The notes beneath the pieces are model-generated. The model had not been told where the DNA came from and did not search any database. It saw only the letters and a list, made by a program, of their open reading frames with translations. From an uncultured bacterium (GTDB taxonomy: Bacteria > Patescibacteriota > Dojkabacteria > J137), in the NCBI GenBank assembly GCA_963700155.1, contig OY969472.1:808690-872689 (forward strand): a stretch of DNA of 64,000 nucleotides, written 5' to 3'. Positions 47,194-57,193 of this stretch are shown here, in pieces (position 1 is the first letter of the stretch; each line of letters begins with the position of its first letter). The position numbers and the translations under genes are program-made.

Positions 47194-47254
47194 ATTTACT
47201 TTAAGTTTACCAATTTCTAATAATACTTTAATTTCAATATGGTTTAAATATAAT

Positions 47255-47785
47255 ATGATATTCATAAATTTAGTAACAAAAAGAAAATTGTTTCAGATAA
47301 TCCTAATAGTACTATTCTTTATTTTTGCATATAGTCTTTTGTCACAAAAAGTTTTAGCAGCTGAGCAAGGTGATATTGTAAATATTTCTGGAGTTCTAGA
47401 AAATAATCTAAATACAGCATTCACACATAAAATTGGAGGTTATAATTTTATTTTGAATAATTCTGTTAACCAGTATTTGAATAAAGAAGTTATAGCAAAG
47501 GTTCAGTATTTAGATTCTTTTAATTTTAAGGTGATATCTGTTTCTTCTTCTACTACACCAATTCAAGCTACGGGTAGTTCTCAAACTGCTATTACAACCG
47601 GGAACTTTACAGAAATAAAAGGAGTTTTGGAGAAAAATCCGAATACTTCATTTACACATAAAATTGATGGTTTTAACTTTATACTTCATTCAGACTTGAA
47701 TGATTGGGTTGGCAAGGAAGTCGTTATAACTGTACAGTATACAGATGGATTTAATTTCAAAGTTATTTCTTCTAAATTGGCTTAG
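47255..47785 (+). CDS. secreted protein with two tandem ~60-aa repeats
   Basis: Signal/TM LFQIILIVLFFIFAYSLLSQKVLA. Repeat 1 GDIVNISGVLENNLNTAFTHKIGGYNFILNNS…VQYLDSFNFKVISVS. Repeat 2 GNFTEIKGVLEKNPNTSFTHKIDGFNFILHSD…VQYTDGFNFKVISSK. Confidence 0.55.
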   Translation: MIFINLVTKRKLFQIILIVLFFIFAYSLLSQKVLAAEQGDIVNISGVLENNLNTAFTHKIGGYNFILNNSVNQYLNKEVIAKVQYLDSFNFKVISVSSSTTPIQATGSSQTAITTGNFTEIKGVLEKNPNTSFTHKIDGFNFILHSDLNDWVGKEVVITVQYTDGFNFKVISSKLA

Positions 47786-47826
47786 CAGTCTTTTTAAGCT
47801 TGCAAGTGTTGAATATGTATAACCAT

Positions 47827-48786
47827 TTACTTGGTACTCTCAACTCTCACCCAAGTTCTTACAAAATCTTTTTTCTTTATTTTTCTTTCCCAGAATATTT
47901 GAATCCAAAGCCAAAGGCGGATTGGATAAAGCATTAGTGACCAGAAGAATTGTTTTATATTTTTTGCATAAGTTATAGGAAACCAGAAATACTCTAATTC
48001 TCTCCAGAAAGATCTAGTTTTTGTTTCAGGTTTTACAACACCATATTCCCAAAGCTGCATATATCCACCAGTTGATCTCTTCTTTTGTTTAAAGTAATCA
48101 TTTAAATTTCTAGGATATTTTACAAATGCTACTGCTTCAGGTTCATACTCTATTTTCCAACCGTTGTTAAAAGCCTGATAAGAAATATACGCATCATCAA
48201 CCAAGGTATCTTCTGGAAATCTAAAATCTGTTTTGCTCATTGCATAAATATATCCACTAACAGGAAAGAATGCTCTTTTTCTAACGAAAGTTAAACTCTT
48301 ACCTTCTGGATGTTCAGTTAAATCAATTTTTCGTTTATGGTTTGCTGCATCTGAAAGTAAATGGCCGAAATATCCCATCATATTGTTCATCGAGTCTTCA
48401 GATTTCGGCCTTCCTGTTACCATTAATTTATTAGTTGTGTTATTGTAGTGATTTAATAGTTTTCCAACAGCTCTTTCAGCATAATAAACATCACCATCAG
48501 TAAAAATCCAAACATCACCTTTTGCTCCTGACATTAACATGTTTAAGGCTGCTGGCTTGCCCTTTCCTGGATCTTTTATGAATCTGAATTTATTTTGAAC
48601 CCCGAGTTCATTTACTGCATTCAAAGCTGCTTGATGAGTTTCCTCATCAGGGCAAGCCAGAAGTATTTCAAAGTTCTCAGAGATTCCTGAATAATTTGGA
48701 TCTGCAATACATTTTATTGCCTTTGCGATGCTCTTATCTTCTTTCCAGGCAGTAATTAACACAGAAACTAAAATATTTGATGTCAT
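47827..48786 (-). CDS. glycosyltransferase family 2-like
   Basis: N-terminal ILVSVLITAWKEDKSIAKAI (GT-A Rossmann start) and …IFTDGDVYY… (DxD-like). Confidence 0.55.
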   Translation of the reverse strand: MTSNILVSVLITAWKEDKSIAKAIKCIADPNYSGISENFEILLACPDEETHQAALNAVNELGVQNKFRFIKDPGKGKPAALNMLMSGAKGDVWIFTDGDVYYAERAVGKLLNHYNNTTNKLMVTGRPKSEDSMNNMMGYFGHLLSDAANHKRKIDLTEHPEGKSLTFVRKRAFFPVSGYIYAMSKTDFRFPEDTLVDDAYISYQAFNNGWKIEYEPEAVAFVKYPRNLNDYFKQKKRSTGGYMQLWEYGVVKPETKTRSFWRELEYFWFPITYAKNIKQFFWSLMLYPIRLWLWIQIFWERKIKKKDFVRTWVRVESTK

Positions 48787-48836
48787 TGGTATAATCTAAG
48801 GTATAATTTAAAGTTATTATAGCAGGAAAGAATATT

Positions 48837-49523
48837 ATGAAAACTTTTAACTTTAAAAGTAAGCTGAAATCGAAAATTCAATTGAATGAGTTCACATATG
48901 AATTCAAATATACTGTATCTGATGATTTTGAATTTAAACCGGGACAATTTGTTGTTCTTTTAGTGACTCCACCATTTAGACGTTCTTATTCAATTGTAGA
49001 AGTAAAAAATGGTTTAATAACGCTTTTGATAGATGTAAAACCTACTGGACCAGCACATGATTATTTTATAAATAGTAAAATTGATGATGAAACAACGATA
49101 ATGGGACCCTATGGACTATATTCACTCCAAGAGACTACTTTGAACAAGGTTTTTATAGCATCAAGCACTGGGATTGCTCCACTTTATCCTATGATTAATG
49201 AATTAAGAAATTCAGGAAAAACGATATATGATGATATTAAAATAGATTTTTTTTATGGATCAAGATTGATAAAGAACGATATTGCACACGATTATTTGAA
49301 ACAGTTTGAAGGGGACAACTTCAGTTATTATCGCTGTATTACTCAGCCGGAAGATAATTCAAAACCATATAAATTGGGTCGTGTAACTGAAGTTGTCCCC
49401 TCGATGAACTATGATTATCAAAATACTGAATTTTATATTTGCGGAGCACCTGAAATGGTAACTCATATGCGAGATATTCTAAAAAACTTAGGAGCCGATA
49501 AAGTTTATTTTGAGAAGTATTAA
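48837..49523 (+). CDS. FAD/NAD(P)-binding oxidoreductase (ferredoxin-NADP reductase / PyrK-like fold)
   Basis: FAD motif RSYSIVE (RxYS) and NAD(P) motif SSTGIAP (GxGxxP). C-terminal CGAPEMV. Confidence 0.55.
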   Translation: MKTFNFKSKLKSKIQLNEFTYEFKYTVSDDFEFKPGQFVVLLVTPPFRRSYSIVEVKNGLITLLIDVKPTGPAHDYFINSKIDDETTIMGPYGLYSLQETTLNKVFIASSTGIAPLYPMINELRNSGKTIYDDIKIDFFYGSRLIKNDIAHDYLKQFEGDNFSYYRCITQPEDNSKPYKLGRVTEVVPSMNYDYQNTEFYICGAPEMVTHMRDILKNLGADKVYFEKY

Positions 49524-49852
49524 GGTTCTTCTGAATCTAAAAGACCTTCAATCGAGTTAAGTAATGTGTCAATTTCCTGATTTGTTCCCTCAACAAATAT
49601 TTTATCTCTTAATTCTGATACTAAATTTAATAAAAAGTTAGCAACTTCTTGGTCAATATTCATTGAGTTCTTTGTAAGGAATAATTTAATCATTTCAAGA
49701 TCATTTATAAATTTATTTACTGAAGAATATTGACTCATATTTTCACTAGAATTACATACCAAGTTTAATCTAGTGATTGCAGTTTGGATTTTATGGTCAG
49801 GAAAGGATTCTAATAAGTTTATTAAAGTTAAAAGTTTTTCAGATCTTTTCAT
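49520..49852 (-). CDS. hypothetical acidic protein (110 aa)
   Basis: ORF track. Confidence 0.35.
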   Translation of the reverse strand: MKRSEKLLTLINLLESFPDHKIQTAITRLNLVCNSSENMSQYSSVNKFINDLEMIKLFLTKNSMNIDQEVANFLLNLVSELRDKIFVEGTNQEIDTLLNSIEGLLDSEEP

Positions 49853-49854
49853 AA

Positions 49855-50424
49855 TTAGTCGATAATAAGTTCAAGACCCATTTTTTGCAGTTCATTGCTC
49901 ATTTTCTCTGCTAATCTAGCATTTTTATGAGAGTCCTGAAGATGAATTTCCCCGATCCCTAAATCGGAGGCTGCTAATAAAGTTTTTGCAATTAGTCTTA
50001 AATAAAGCGATTCGAGCATACTCGCAAATATATCCCCACTTTGATTTTGATCGAGTTCTCTTCGTATTTCTTCGCTCATGTCAACATCTCTATATTCTTG
50101 CTCTAATTCACTTGCGTATTTCATTAAATCATCAAATAAATTTTGAATATTAAATTCTATCGAGTCAGTATTTATATCATTAAATTCATCTAGGTAAAAT
50201 TCATCAGACTTTCTGGCTTTAGATAGAAGTTCTTCGTATAAATTATCTCTATTCTGCTCAGATTCCGAAGTGTCAAGATTTAAATTCTGTGTTGCTTGAA
50301 TCATCCTATCTAAAATATTTTCCTCTTGGTGAGTCATTTTTCTTGACATACCATCATCAGGGAAATAATAAATACTAGGGACAAAATCTTCAATTTTTAA
50401 GGCTACATAAGGACTCATATGCAT
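49855..50424 (-). CDS. hypothetical acidic protein (189 aa)
   Basis: ORF track. A 2-nt gap to the downstream gene suggests an operon. Confidence 0.4.
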   Translation of the reverse strand: MHMSPYVALKIEDFVPSIYYFPDDGMSRKMTHQEENILDRMIQATQNLNLDTSESEQNRDNLYEELLSKARKSDEFYLDEFNDINTDSIEFNIQNLFDDLMKYASELEQEYRDVDMSEEIRRELDQNQSGDIFASMLESLYLRLIAKTLLAASDLGIGEIHLQDSHKNARLAEKMSNELQKMGLELIID

Positions 50425-50553
50425 AAATTATATTAAAATTACTAGGTTAATTTTAACATACCATTCAAGATTTTCATGATATTGTACATTTTAAGTATTT
50501 AACTAATCGTTCTAAAATTTTGCTAGAATATTTTATAAAAGTTTATTAAATCT

Positions 50554-52938
50554 ATGGATTCAGAGTTAAAAGGGTTAACAACTAAGGAAGCTGAAAGCCA
50601 AATGCGGAAGTTTGGTAAAAATGTGATTGAAGCTAAACAGGAAGGAGCTGTAGAGATTTTTCTTAAGCAGTTTTTAAATCCTCTAATTTACCTACTTATT
50701 ATTGCAGGGTTTTTATCACTACTTTTAAGAAATTATACTGATTGTCTCATAATTTTCATTATAATTTTAATAAATACCTTTCTAGGTTTCTTTCAACAGT
50801 ACAGAGTTAATCAGGAATTTAAAAAACTAAGTGCTTTAATATCTTCAGATATTGAAGTTCTTAGAGATGGAGAAAGGAAATTGATAAAAAAATCTTTAAT
50901 TGTTCCTGGTGATATTGTATTTTTAAAACTTGGAGATAAAGCTCCGGCGGATGGATTTATAGTAAAGCAAGAAGATTTTCAAATTGATGAGTCTGCTTTG
51001 ACAGGTGAATCAATGGTAGTAACTAAAAAGATTAATAGTAAAGAAGATATTGAATTTAAAGAAGGAATTATTTATTCAGGAACTAATATAGAGAAAGGTT
51101 CAGGAGTTATTAAAGTATTTGCTACAGGTAATAACAGTAAATTTGGGAATATTGCAAAGTTATCAATTCAAACCAAAAAAGTTAGCGAATATGAATTAAA
51201 TCTTAAGAATTTAAGTCGAAGATTTTTATTTATCTCAATTGTGGCTTTGGCTGGTATATTTTTAGCACATGCATTAATAAAACAATCAGATAATTTAATT
51301 GATATATTCTTCTTCACGGTTGCTATATCTATTACAATTATTCCAGAAGCATTACCGATTGTTGCAAATTTAACTTTATCAAAAAGTGCATTTAAACTAG
51401 GTAAAAAAGGAGTGATTGTGAAAAGAGCTGCTGCAATAGAAGATTTGGGGAATATTGATCTTGTATGTACAGATAAAACAGGTACATTAACAAAAAATGA
51501 AATTGCAGTTATAGATGTTCATAAATCAAAAAATCCTGATTTTTTAAAATATGCATCTCTTCTTTCTGAAACAAGTACAGATCAATTTGATACTGCGGTT
51601 AAAAAATATTTGGATAAAAATGGCTTCAAACTTAATAAATCGGATGACGAAAAGATAAAGGAAGGGTTTGAAGATGTCCCATTTGATCCTGCGAAAAAGG
51701 TTTCCTCAAGGAAGTTTCTTGACTTTAAAATTATAAAAGGTGCACCAGAAAGTATTATTAATCTTACTAATTATAAAGATAAGGACTTCGATCAACTTTT
51801 AGCAACAAATGCCTCAAAGGGATGGAGAGCTTTATCTTTAGCATTAGAAAAAAATGGGAATCTTGAATATTTAGGAACATTTTTTATGTTTGATGAGATT
51901 AAGGAAGATGTAGAAGCGGTAATAAAAAGAGCAGAAAAATTAGGAATTGAAATTAAGATTATAACTGGTGATTCAGAAGAAGTTTCGAAATATGTTGGAT
52001 ATAAAGTTGGGTTAATTAAATCTGATGATGAGGTTATTGAATCAAAAGATTTGAAGTTTGATGATAGTGTTTTTTTTGAAGAACAAGTTGCTTCTCATTC
52101 GATATTCACTAGATGTGACCCAATTCAGAAATATAAAATTTTAGAAGCTCTTCAAAAAAAACACTTCTTAGGCTATATAGGAGATGGAATTAATGATTCA
52201 CCATCTCTTAAATTAGCGAATGTAAGTATTGTTGTAAACTCAGCAACTGATATTGCAAAAGAAAATGCTGATTTAATAATGCTTAGAAAAAATTTAAATG
52301 TGTTAATAGATGGAATTTCCGAAGGAAGAAAAGCATTTGAAAATATTGATAAATATCTTCGACAGACATTAGTTGGAAACTTTGGGAATTTTTTTACTAT
52401 TGGGATTGTCTCATTATTCTTAAGTTACTTGCCAATGTTGCCTATTCAAATTCTAATAAGCAATTTGCTTACCGATATTCCATCTTTAGCGATTGCTGAT
52501 GATAATGTGGATCATAATGAACTAAAACGTCCTAAACAACATAATTTATCAGGTGTGATTAGAAATGGTTTTTGGCTTGCTGTGCTTTCAAGTGCTTTTG
52601 ATTTAGTGTTTTTTCTGATAATTCTAAATAATCCCGTATATACAATTCAAACATTATGGTTTGCTTTCTCAACTGTTTCAGAAATTCTTGTCTTATTTTC
52701 ACTAAGAACTAAAAAAGGTATTTTTTCAAAAGGTACTTCAAAGCCTTCACTAATTTTAGGATTTTCAATTATATTTACTCTAGTTATATGTACGCTTTTA
52801 TTTGTGGTTGGGTCAAATGTATTCAGTGTTCAGAAAGTAAGTAATAATTTCATAGTTGTAATTTTTGCAATGACAATTTTGTATGTAATTGCAAATGAGC
52901 TGCTTAAAAAAGTGATATGGAAGGATAACTCCAAATAA
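50554..52938 (+). CDS. cation-transporting P-type ATPase (Ca2+/Mg2+-type P2/P3-like)
   Basis: CTDKTGTLTKN, IGDGINDSPSLKLANV, a TGES-like actuator motif (LTGESMVV) and 10 TM helices. No heavy-metal CPx. Confidence 0.8.
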   Translation: MDSELKGLTTKEAESQMRKFGKNVIEAKQEGAVEIFLKQFLNPLIYLLIIAGFLSLLLRNYTDCLIIFIIILINTFLGFFQQYRVNQEFKKLSALISSDIEVLRDGERKLIKKSLIVPGDIVFLKLGDKAPADGFIVKQEDFQIDESALTGESMVVTKKINSKEDIEFKEGIIYSGTNIEKGSGVIKVFATGNNSKFGNIAKLSIQTKKVSEYELNLKNLSRRFLFISIVALAGIFLAHALIKQSDNLIDIFFFTVAISITIIPEALPIVANLTLSKSAFKLGKKGVIVKRAAAIEDLGNIDLVCTDKTGTLTKNEIAVIDVHKSKNPDFLKYASLLSETSTDQFDTAVKKYLDKNGFKLNKSDDEKIKEGFEDVPFDPAKKVSSRKFLDFKIIKGAPESIINLTNYKDKDFDQLLATNASKGWRALSLALEKNGNLEYLGTFFMFDEIKEDVEAVIKRAEKLGIEIKIITGDSEEVSKYVGYKVGLIKSDDEVIESKDLKFDDSVFFEEQVASHSIFTRCDPIQKYKILEALQKKHFLGYIGDGINDSPSLKLANVSIVVNSATDIAKENADLIMLRKNLNVLIDGISEGRKAFENIDKYLRQTLVGNFGNFFTIGIVSLFLSYLPMLPIQILISNLLTDIPSLAIADDNVDHNELKRPKQHNLSGVIRNGFWLAVLSSAFDLVFFLIILNNPVYTIQTLWFAFSTVSEILVLFSLRTKKGIFSKGTSKPSLILGFSIIFTLVICTLLFVVGSNVFSVQKVSNNFIVVIFAMTILYVIANELLKKVIWKDNSK

Positions 52939-52989
52939 TATACAAAATCCTAAAGGTTTGTTAAGATTCAGAATCTTTTATGGATTGCT

Positions 52990-53724
52990 ATGTCCGATGA
53001 ATTTAAATTTACATCAAATCTAGAATTCCCTGTTGCCCTAAAAGGGCAGGTTATATTTAACGAAGAAGTTATAAAAATGATATGCCAAATAGTTGGCATT
53101 GATTCTTTAGATATATCTAGCACGGAAGGTAGAACTGTTGTGACTATTTCAGGTTTTAATGCAGATGGCTCTGCTACTATGGGTAAAGCTAAGGATATTC
53201 CTGATAGTTTTTCAAGTTTAGAAAACTTAAAAAATATGGTTGATTTTTCTTCGATGAATTATAGTAATGGGAAAATATTACTTGATTTGAAAAGAATTGA
53301 AGATGAACTTCTATCAAATGGAGCTAATCGTTTGTCTGAAAGGAATTCAGAATTATGGGCAAGGAAATTAAATAGTGTATTAAAACGTGAATTGCTTAAA
53401 TTAATTTTAGAAAAACAAAAATCAAATGTTACATATAATTTTGTTGAAAACTCTTTTTTACTTTCTTTTTTGGTTTCTTTTGGTTTATTGATTAGATGTT
53501 TAACAATTTATAATAATTTAACTGCTCCTGTAGAAATTCTAGAAGAATGTTTATTAGCAGTTGGGTTTTCATTAACTCCTAAAATTATTTTTCAAATTGG
53601 AAATATGGAGCAAAGGAAAAGAATATCGATTTTTCTTCCATATTCATTAGAATTAGATAGAGCTCTTATTGCCTCTTTTTTAGTAATGTATCATACTTTG
53701 GTTGCTGGTGTTGTTGAAAGCTAA
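52990..53724 (+). CDS. hypothetical protein (244 aa) with hydrophobic C-terminal third
   Basis: ORF track. No motif. Confidence 0.4.
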   Translation: MSDEFKFTSNLEFPVALKGQVIFNEEVIKMICQIVGIDSLDISSTEGRTVVTISGFNADGSATMGKAKDIPDSFSSLENLKNMVDFSSMNYSNGKILLDLKRIEDELLSNGANRLSERNSELWARKLNSVLKRELLKLILEKQKSNVTYNFVENSFLLSFLVSFGLLIRCLTIYNNLTAPVEILEECLLAVGFSLTPKIIFQIGNMEQRKRISIFLPYSLELDRALIASFLVMYHTLVAGVVES

Positions 53725-53774
53725 CAAATAATAATGCTTATATTGTATAATTGCACTGCCATTTGTTGGATATT

Positions 53775-53862
53775 GGAGAGGTACCCAAGTGGCTGAAGGG
53801 GCGGGTTTGCTAAACCCGTAGTAGGATTCGTCCTAGCGGGGGTTCGAATCCCCCTCTCTCCG
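53775..53862 (+). tRNA. tRNA-Ser (anticodon GCU), class II with long variable arm
   Basis: Acceptor ggagagg…cctctcc. Anticodon stem cgggt/acccg with loop ttGCTaa. Long variable arm gtagtaggattcgtcctagc. T-arm gggggttcgaatccccc. 88 nt. Confidence 0.85.
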
Positions 53863-53941
53863 AATTTTTAGTTCTAGTCTTCTGTAAAATTTCTTTAAAT
53901 AGTTGTAAGGTAAAAATATAATATTTTTTATCTTTACCTCT

Positions 53942-54211
53942 ATGCAAAAACTTGACGTAAAATCATTTGCTCTTGCCTTCGGCGTCTCCTTTGGAATATT
54001 CGTAATGTTCCTTGGTTGGGCAGCAATTTTCGGATGGGGAGATATTATAGTTCATGGACTATCTTCATTTTATAAAGGATATGATGCAACTTTCGTTGGA
54101 GGAATAATCGGGGGAGTCTGGGCTTTTTTTGATTGGGGAATTGGAGGAGCAATAATAGCCTTGGTATATAATTCTTTTATCGAAAGAATGTCTAAAAAGG
54201 GAAATGTATAA
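53942..54211 (+). CDS. small glycine-zipper membrane protein (89 aa)
   Basis: Two TM segments rich in GxxxG (VGGIIGGVWAFFDWGIGGAIIAL). Confidence 0.45.
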   Translation: MQKLDVKSFALAFGVSFGIFVMFLGWAAIFGWGDIIVHGLSSFYKGYDATFVGGIIGGVWAFFDWGIGGAIIALVYNSFIERMSKKGNV

Positions 54212-54287
54212 CCAGATTATTAAATTGACAGCCTAGTTTTATATCTTTAGAATAAGTTTAATACTTACTTTTTACTATTTTTTCCTT

Positions 54288-54797
54288 ATGCAAAAAATTA
54301 CCCCATTTCTATGGTTCGATCAAAATTGTGAAGAAGCAATAAATTATTATGTAAAAGTATTTTCTGAGTCGCCTCATAAAAGTGATGAATCAGAAATTAT
54401 TAGTATTGCAAGATACGAAGAAGGAATGCAGACTCCCGACAATGACAAAATGATTGGAAAAGTTATTACAGCAGTCTTTAAGTTGAATGGACAACGATTT
54501 ATGGCTTTAGATGGCGGTCCGATTTTTAAGTTTAATGAATCAGTATCATTTTATGTTGAATGTGAGGATCAAGTCGAAGTTGATTATTTTTGGGAAAAGC
54601 TTTCAGCAGTTCCTGAGTCGGAACAGTGCGGTTGGTTAAAAGATAAGTTTGGATTGTCATGGCAGATTATTCCTAAACAATTGGATGAATTAATATCTGA
54701 TTCAGATCATAAGAAATCTTTAGCAGTTGTTAATGCTATGCTTGAAATGAAAAAAATAGATGTATCAGAGTTACAAAAAGCTCGTGATGAAGCTTAA
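54288..54797 (+). CDS. VOC/glyoxalase-superfamily protein (PhnB-like)
   Basis: N-terminal MQKITPFLWFDQNCEEAINYY is typical of the PhnB / 3-demethylubiquinone-9 3-methyltransferase-domain family. Confidence 0.55.
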   Translation: MQKITPFLWFDQNCEEAINYYVKVFSESPHKSDESEIISIARYEEGMQTPDNDKMIGKVITAVFKLNGQRFMALDGGPIFKFNESVSFYVECEDQVEVDYFWEKLSAVPESEQCGWLKDKFGLSWQIIPKQLDELISDSDHKKSLAVVNAMLEMKKIDVSELQKARDEA

Positions 54798-56564
54798 TTA
54801 ATACAGCTCAAATTTCTTTAATAGTTTTTTATTACCTTCAATCTGGTAATTTAGCAATTCCGAATAAATACCTTCACGTTTTGCAAGTTCCTGAGGAGTA
54901 CCAATATCTTCAATTTTATGATTATTTAAAACAACTACTTTATTTGCATTCTGCAAAGTCGAAAACCTATGCGCTATAATTATTGTGAGCCTGTCCTTCA
55001 TTAAATTTTCTAAAGCATCTTGAACTTCATTTTCCGACTTTGCATCAAGATTACTTGTTGCTTCATCTAGAATTAAGATTGGTGCATCTTTAAGAATAGC
55101 TCTAGCAATTTGAATTCTTTGTTTTTGTCCCCCAGATAATTTTATTCCACGTTCTCCTATAGCAGAATGTATTCCCTCTGGGAGTTTTTCTACAAATTCA
55201 TATGCATTTGCTAGTTTTAAAGCTTCAATAACTTGATCATCTCCAGCCTTCATTCCATAAGATACATTTTCTCTTATAGTTGAAGAGAATAGCTCATTTT
55301 CCTGAAAGACTAATGCAATATTAGACCTAATAAATCTGTGATTTAAATTTTTATAGTCTTTGCTATTTAGTAAGATTTTACCTTTTGTAGGTTCATATAG
55401 TTTTAAAATCAAGTTAATTACAGTAGACTTCCCTGCCCCACTTGGACCAACTAAAGCTACTATTTCATTTTTATTTAATGAGAATGAAATATTTTGTAAA
55501 ACTTCTTCAGAATGATCGTAAGAAAATGAAACATTTTTAAATTCAATTTTAGGGTTTCTAATGTGTTTCACTATTCCGTCTTCTTCATATTTTTCATTTG
55601 ATTCTAAATTTAAAACTTCTAAGAATTCTTTTGAACCACTCTCAGCTTTTTGAATCTGTTCTAAAATAAATGACATACCAAAGAGAGGTCTTCTTGCTTG
55701 AGCAACTAATTGAAGAATTAAGACCAAATCTCCAAGACTCAGTTGTCCTTGAAACGTTTGATAGAATACAACAATATTTATTCCAAGAAGAATAATATTC
55801 AAACTTAGATTTCTTAGAAAATCAAATATATGGAATTCTCTGCTTTGTTTATCATATATTCTGTTTATTTCGCTTAAATTATTAGAAACAAGTTCATATT
55901 CTTCTTTTTCATTGGTGTAGCCTTTAACTAATCTGATATTAGAAATAACTTCTTGAAGCCTTCCTCTTGTGACATCTTCAATTTTATTTTTTTGCTCTTC
56001 TTTAATTCCCCATTTTTTTGTTGAATATCTACTTATAAAAATATAAACAGGAAATAATATTGCAATAAATATTCCCAAAAGTACATTGTAATGAAGCAAT
56101 ATTACAACTGTCAAAACACTTTGGAGAATTGCTGGAAGTATAAAATTAGTCCCTGTATTTATAAAATCTTGAATTGAAACTATCCCTCTACTTAATTGGT
56201 TAACAATTTTCCCTGAAATCTCTGAATCAAAATAACTTTGAGGAAGTGTTAGAACTTTATTATAAAATTTTTCAGTGAGGAATTTCCTTATCTCTCCTGC
56301 GAAATGATCTCCAAGTCGATTGCTTAAAGCTGTAATTATTATACTAAGTAAACTTAAAACGAATCCAAGCCCAATAAAGAAATATAATCTGCTTAAATCA
56401 CCAGTTTGGTTCGTTAACTGGTTTGAAATTTCATCCACAATGAATTTAGATGCAAATGGAACAACTAAATCTAAAACTGAACTTAGGAGGATTAAAAATG
56501 AAATAAATATTACTAGTTTATGTAATGGTTTCGAAATTTTTATTATTTGTATAATATTCTTCAT
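54798..56564 (-). CDS. ABC transporter, fused permease/ATP-binding (type I exporter, MsbA-like)
   Basis: 6-TM N-domain. Walker A GPSGAGKST, signature LSGGQKQRIQIARAIL, Walker B ILILDEATSNLD. Confidence 0.85.
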   Translation of the reverse strand: MKNIIQIIKISKPLHKLVIFISFLILLSSVLDLVVPFASKFIVDEISNQLTNQTGDLSRLYFFIGLGFVLSLLSIIITALSNRLGDHFAGEIRKFLTEKFYNKVLTLPQSYFDSEISGKIVNQLSRGIVSIQDFINTGTNFILPAILQSVLTVVILLHYNVLLGIFIAILFPVYIFISRYSTKKWGIKEEQKNKIEDVTRGRLQEVISNIRLVKGYTNEKEEYELVSNNLSEINRIYDKQSREFHIFDFLRNLSLNIILLGINIVVFYQTFQGQLSLGDLVLILQLVAQARRPLFGMSFILEQIQKAESGSKEFLEVLNLESNEKYEEDGIVKHIRNPKIEFKNVSFSYDHSEEVLQNISFSLNKNEIVALVGPSGAGKSTVINLILKLYEPTKGKILLNSKDYKNLNHRFIRSNIALVFQENELFSSTIRENVSYGMKAGDDQVIEALKLANAYEFVEKLPEGIHSAIGERGIKLSGGQKQRIQIARAILKDAPILILDEATSNLDAKSENEVQDALENLMKDRLTIIIAHRFSTLQNANKVVVLNNHKIEDIGTPQELAKREGIYSELLNYQIEGNKKLLKKFELY

Positions 56565-56637
56565 TAATACTTCATGCTTAAAAATAGATACCTGAACATA
56601 TTAGCATAGGGATACTTTGACTTTTGAGAATTTGAGC

Positions 56638-56670
56638 AAAAAAAGGCGGGGCTGAAAGCCCCGCCTTTTT
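56638..56670 (-). terminator. rho-independent terminator (aaaaaaa-GGCGGGGCT-gaa-AGCCCCGCC-ttttt), bidirectional-capable, after hsp20
   Basis: 9-bp perfect GC stem at 56645-53/56657-65 with A- and T-tracts on either side, located 18 nt after the hsp20 stop on the - strand. Confidence 0.8.
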
Positions 56671-56687
56671 AGTTATCTCTAAATATT

Positions 56688-57122
56688 TTATTTCTTAGAT
56701 GGTTTAATTGTAATTGTTTTAGGTTTAACTTCTTCCATCTTTGGAAGTGTCACTTTGATCATTCCATTTTCAAAACTTGCTTCTGCTTTTTCTGCATTAA
56801 CTTTTGTTGGAAGGCTGATTGATCTTGAAAAGGACTGCTGGCTCATTTCTTTAATATGATATTTTCTATTCTTTTTCTCTTCATTCTCTTCACTTGCTGT
56901 TCCTTCAATCGTCAAAATATAATCTTCAACTCTAACGCTGATATCTTCTTCTTTATATCCTGGAACTTTTGCTTCTACTACAACATCATTATCAGTTTCA
57001 TACATATCTATTTCAATGTTTGACATAATTGTACTTAGGCCAGTTCCCGTATTAAAGAATTCATCCATAAATGTGTCCCACATTTGTGATGGTCTAACTA
57101 AAGTTATTCTTCTATTGTTCAT
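56688..57122 (-). CDS. Hsp20/alpha-crystallin family small heat-shock protein
   Basis: 144 aa. Alpha-crystallin-domain pattern (…DVVVEAKVPGYKEEDISVRVEDYILTIEG…GMIKVTLPK). Confidence 0.7.
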   Translation of the reverse strand: MNNRRITLVRPSQMWDTFMDEFFNTGTGLSTIMSNIEIDMYETDNDVVVEAKVPGYKEEDISVRVEDYILTIEGTASEENEEKKNRKYHIKEMSQQSFSRSISLPTKVNAEKAEASFENGMIKVTLPKMEEVKPKTITIKPSKK

Positions 57123-57193
57123 AATAGAAAAGTTAATATTTTAAATAAGTTAGCAGCATAACCATTCAACTGCTAGTCTAATATTAAAACTAA

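Noticed and set aside
53775-54300. tRNA-Ser as an integration hotspot with an adjacent genomic island
   Set aside because: No integrase, recombinase or tRNA 3'-end direct repeat was seen downstream. The neighbouring genes (small membrane protein, VOC protein, ABC exporter) are ordinary.
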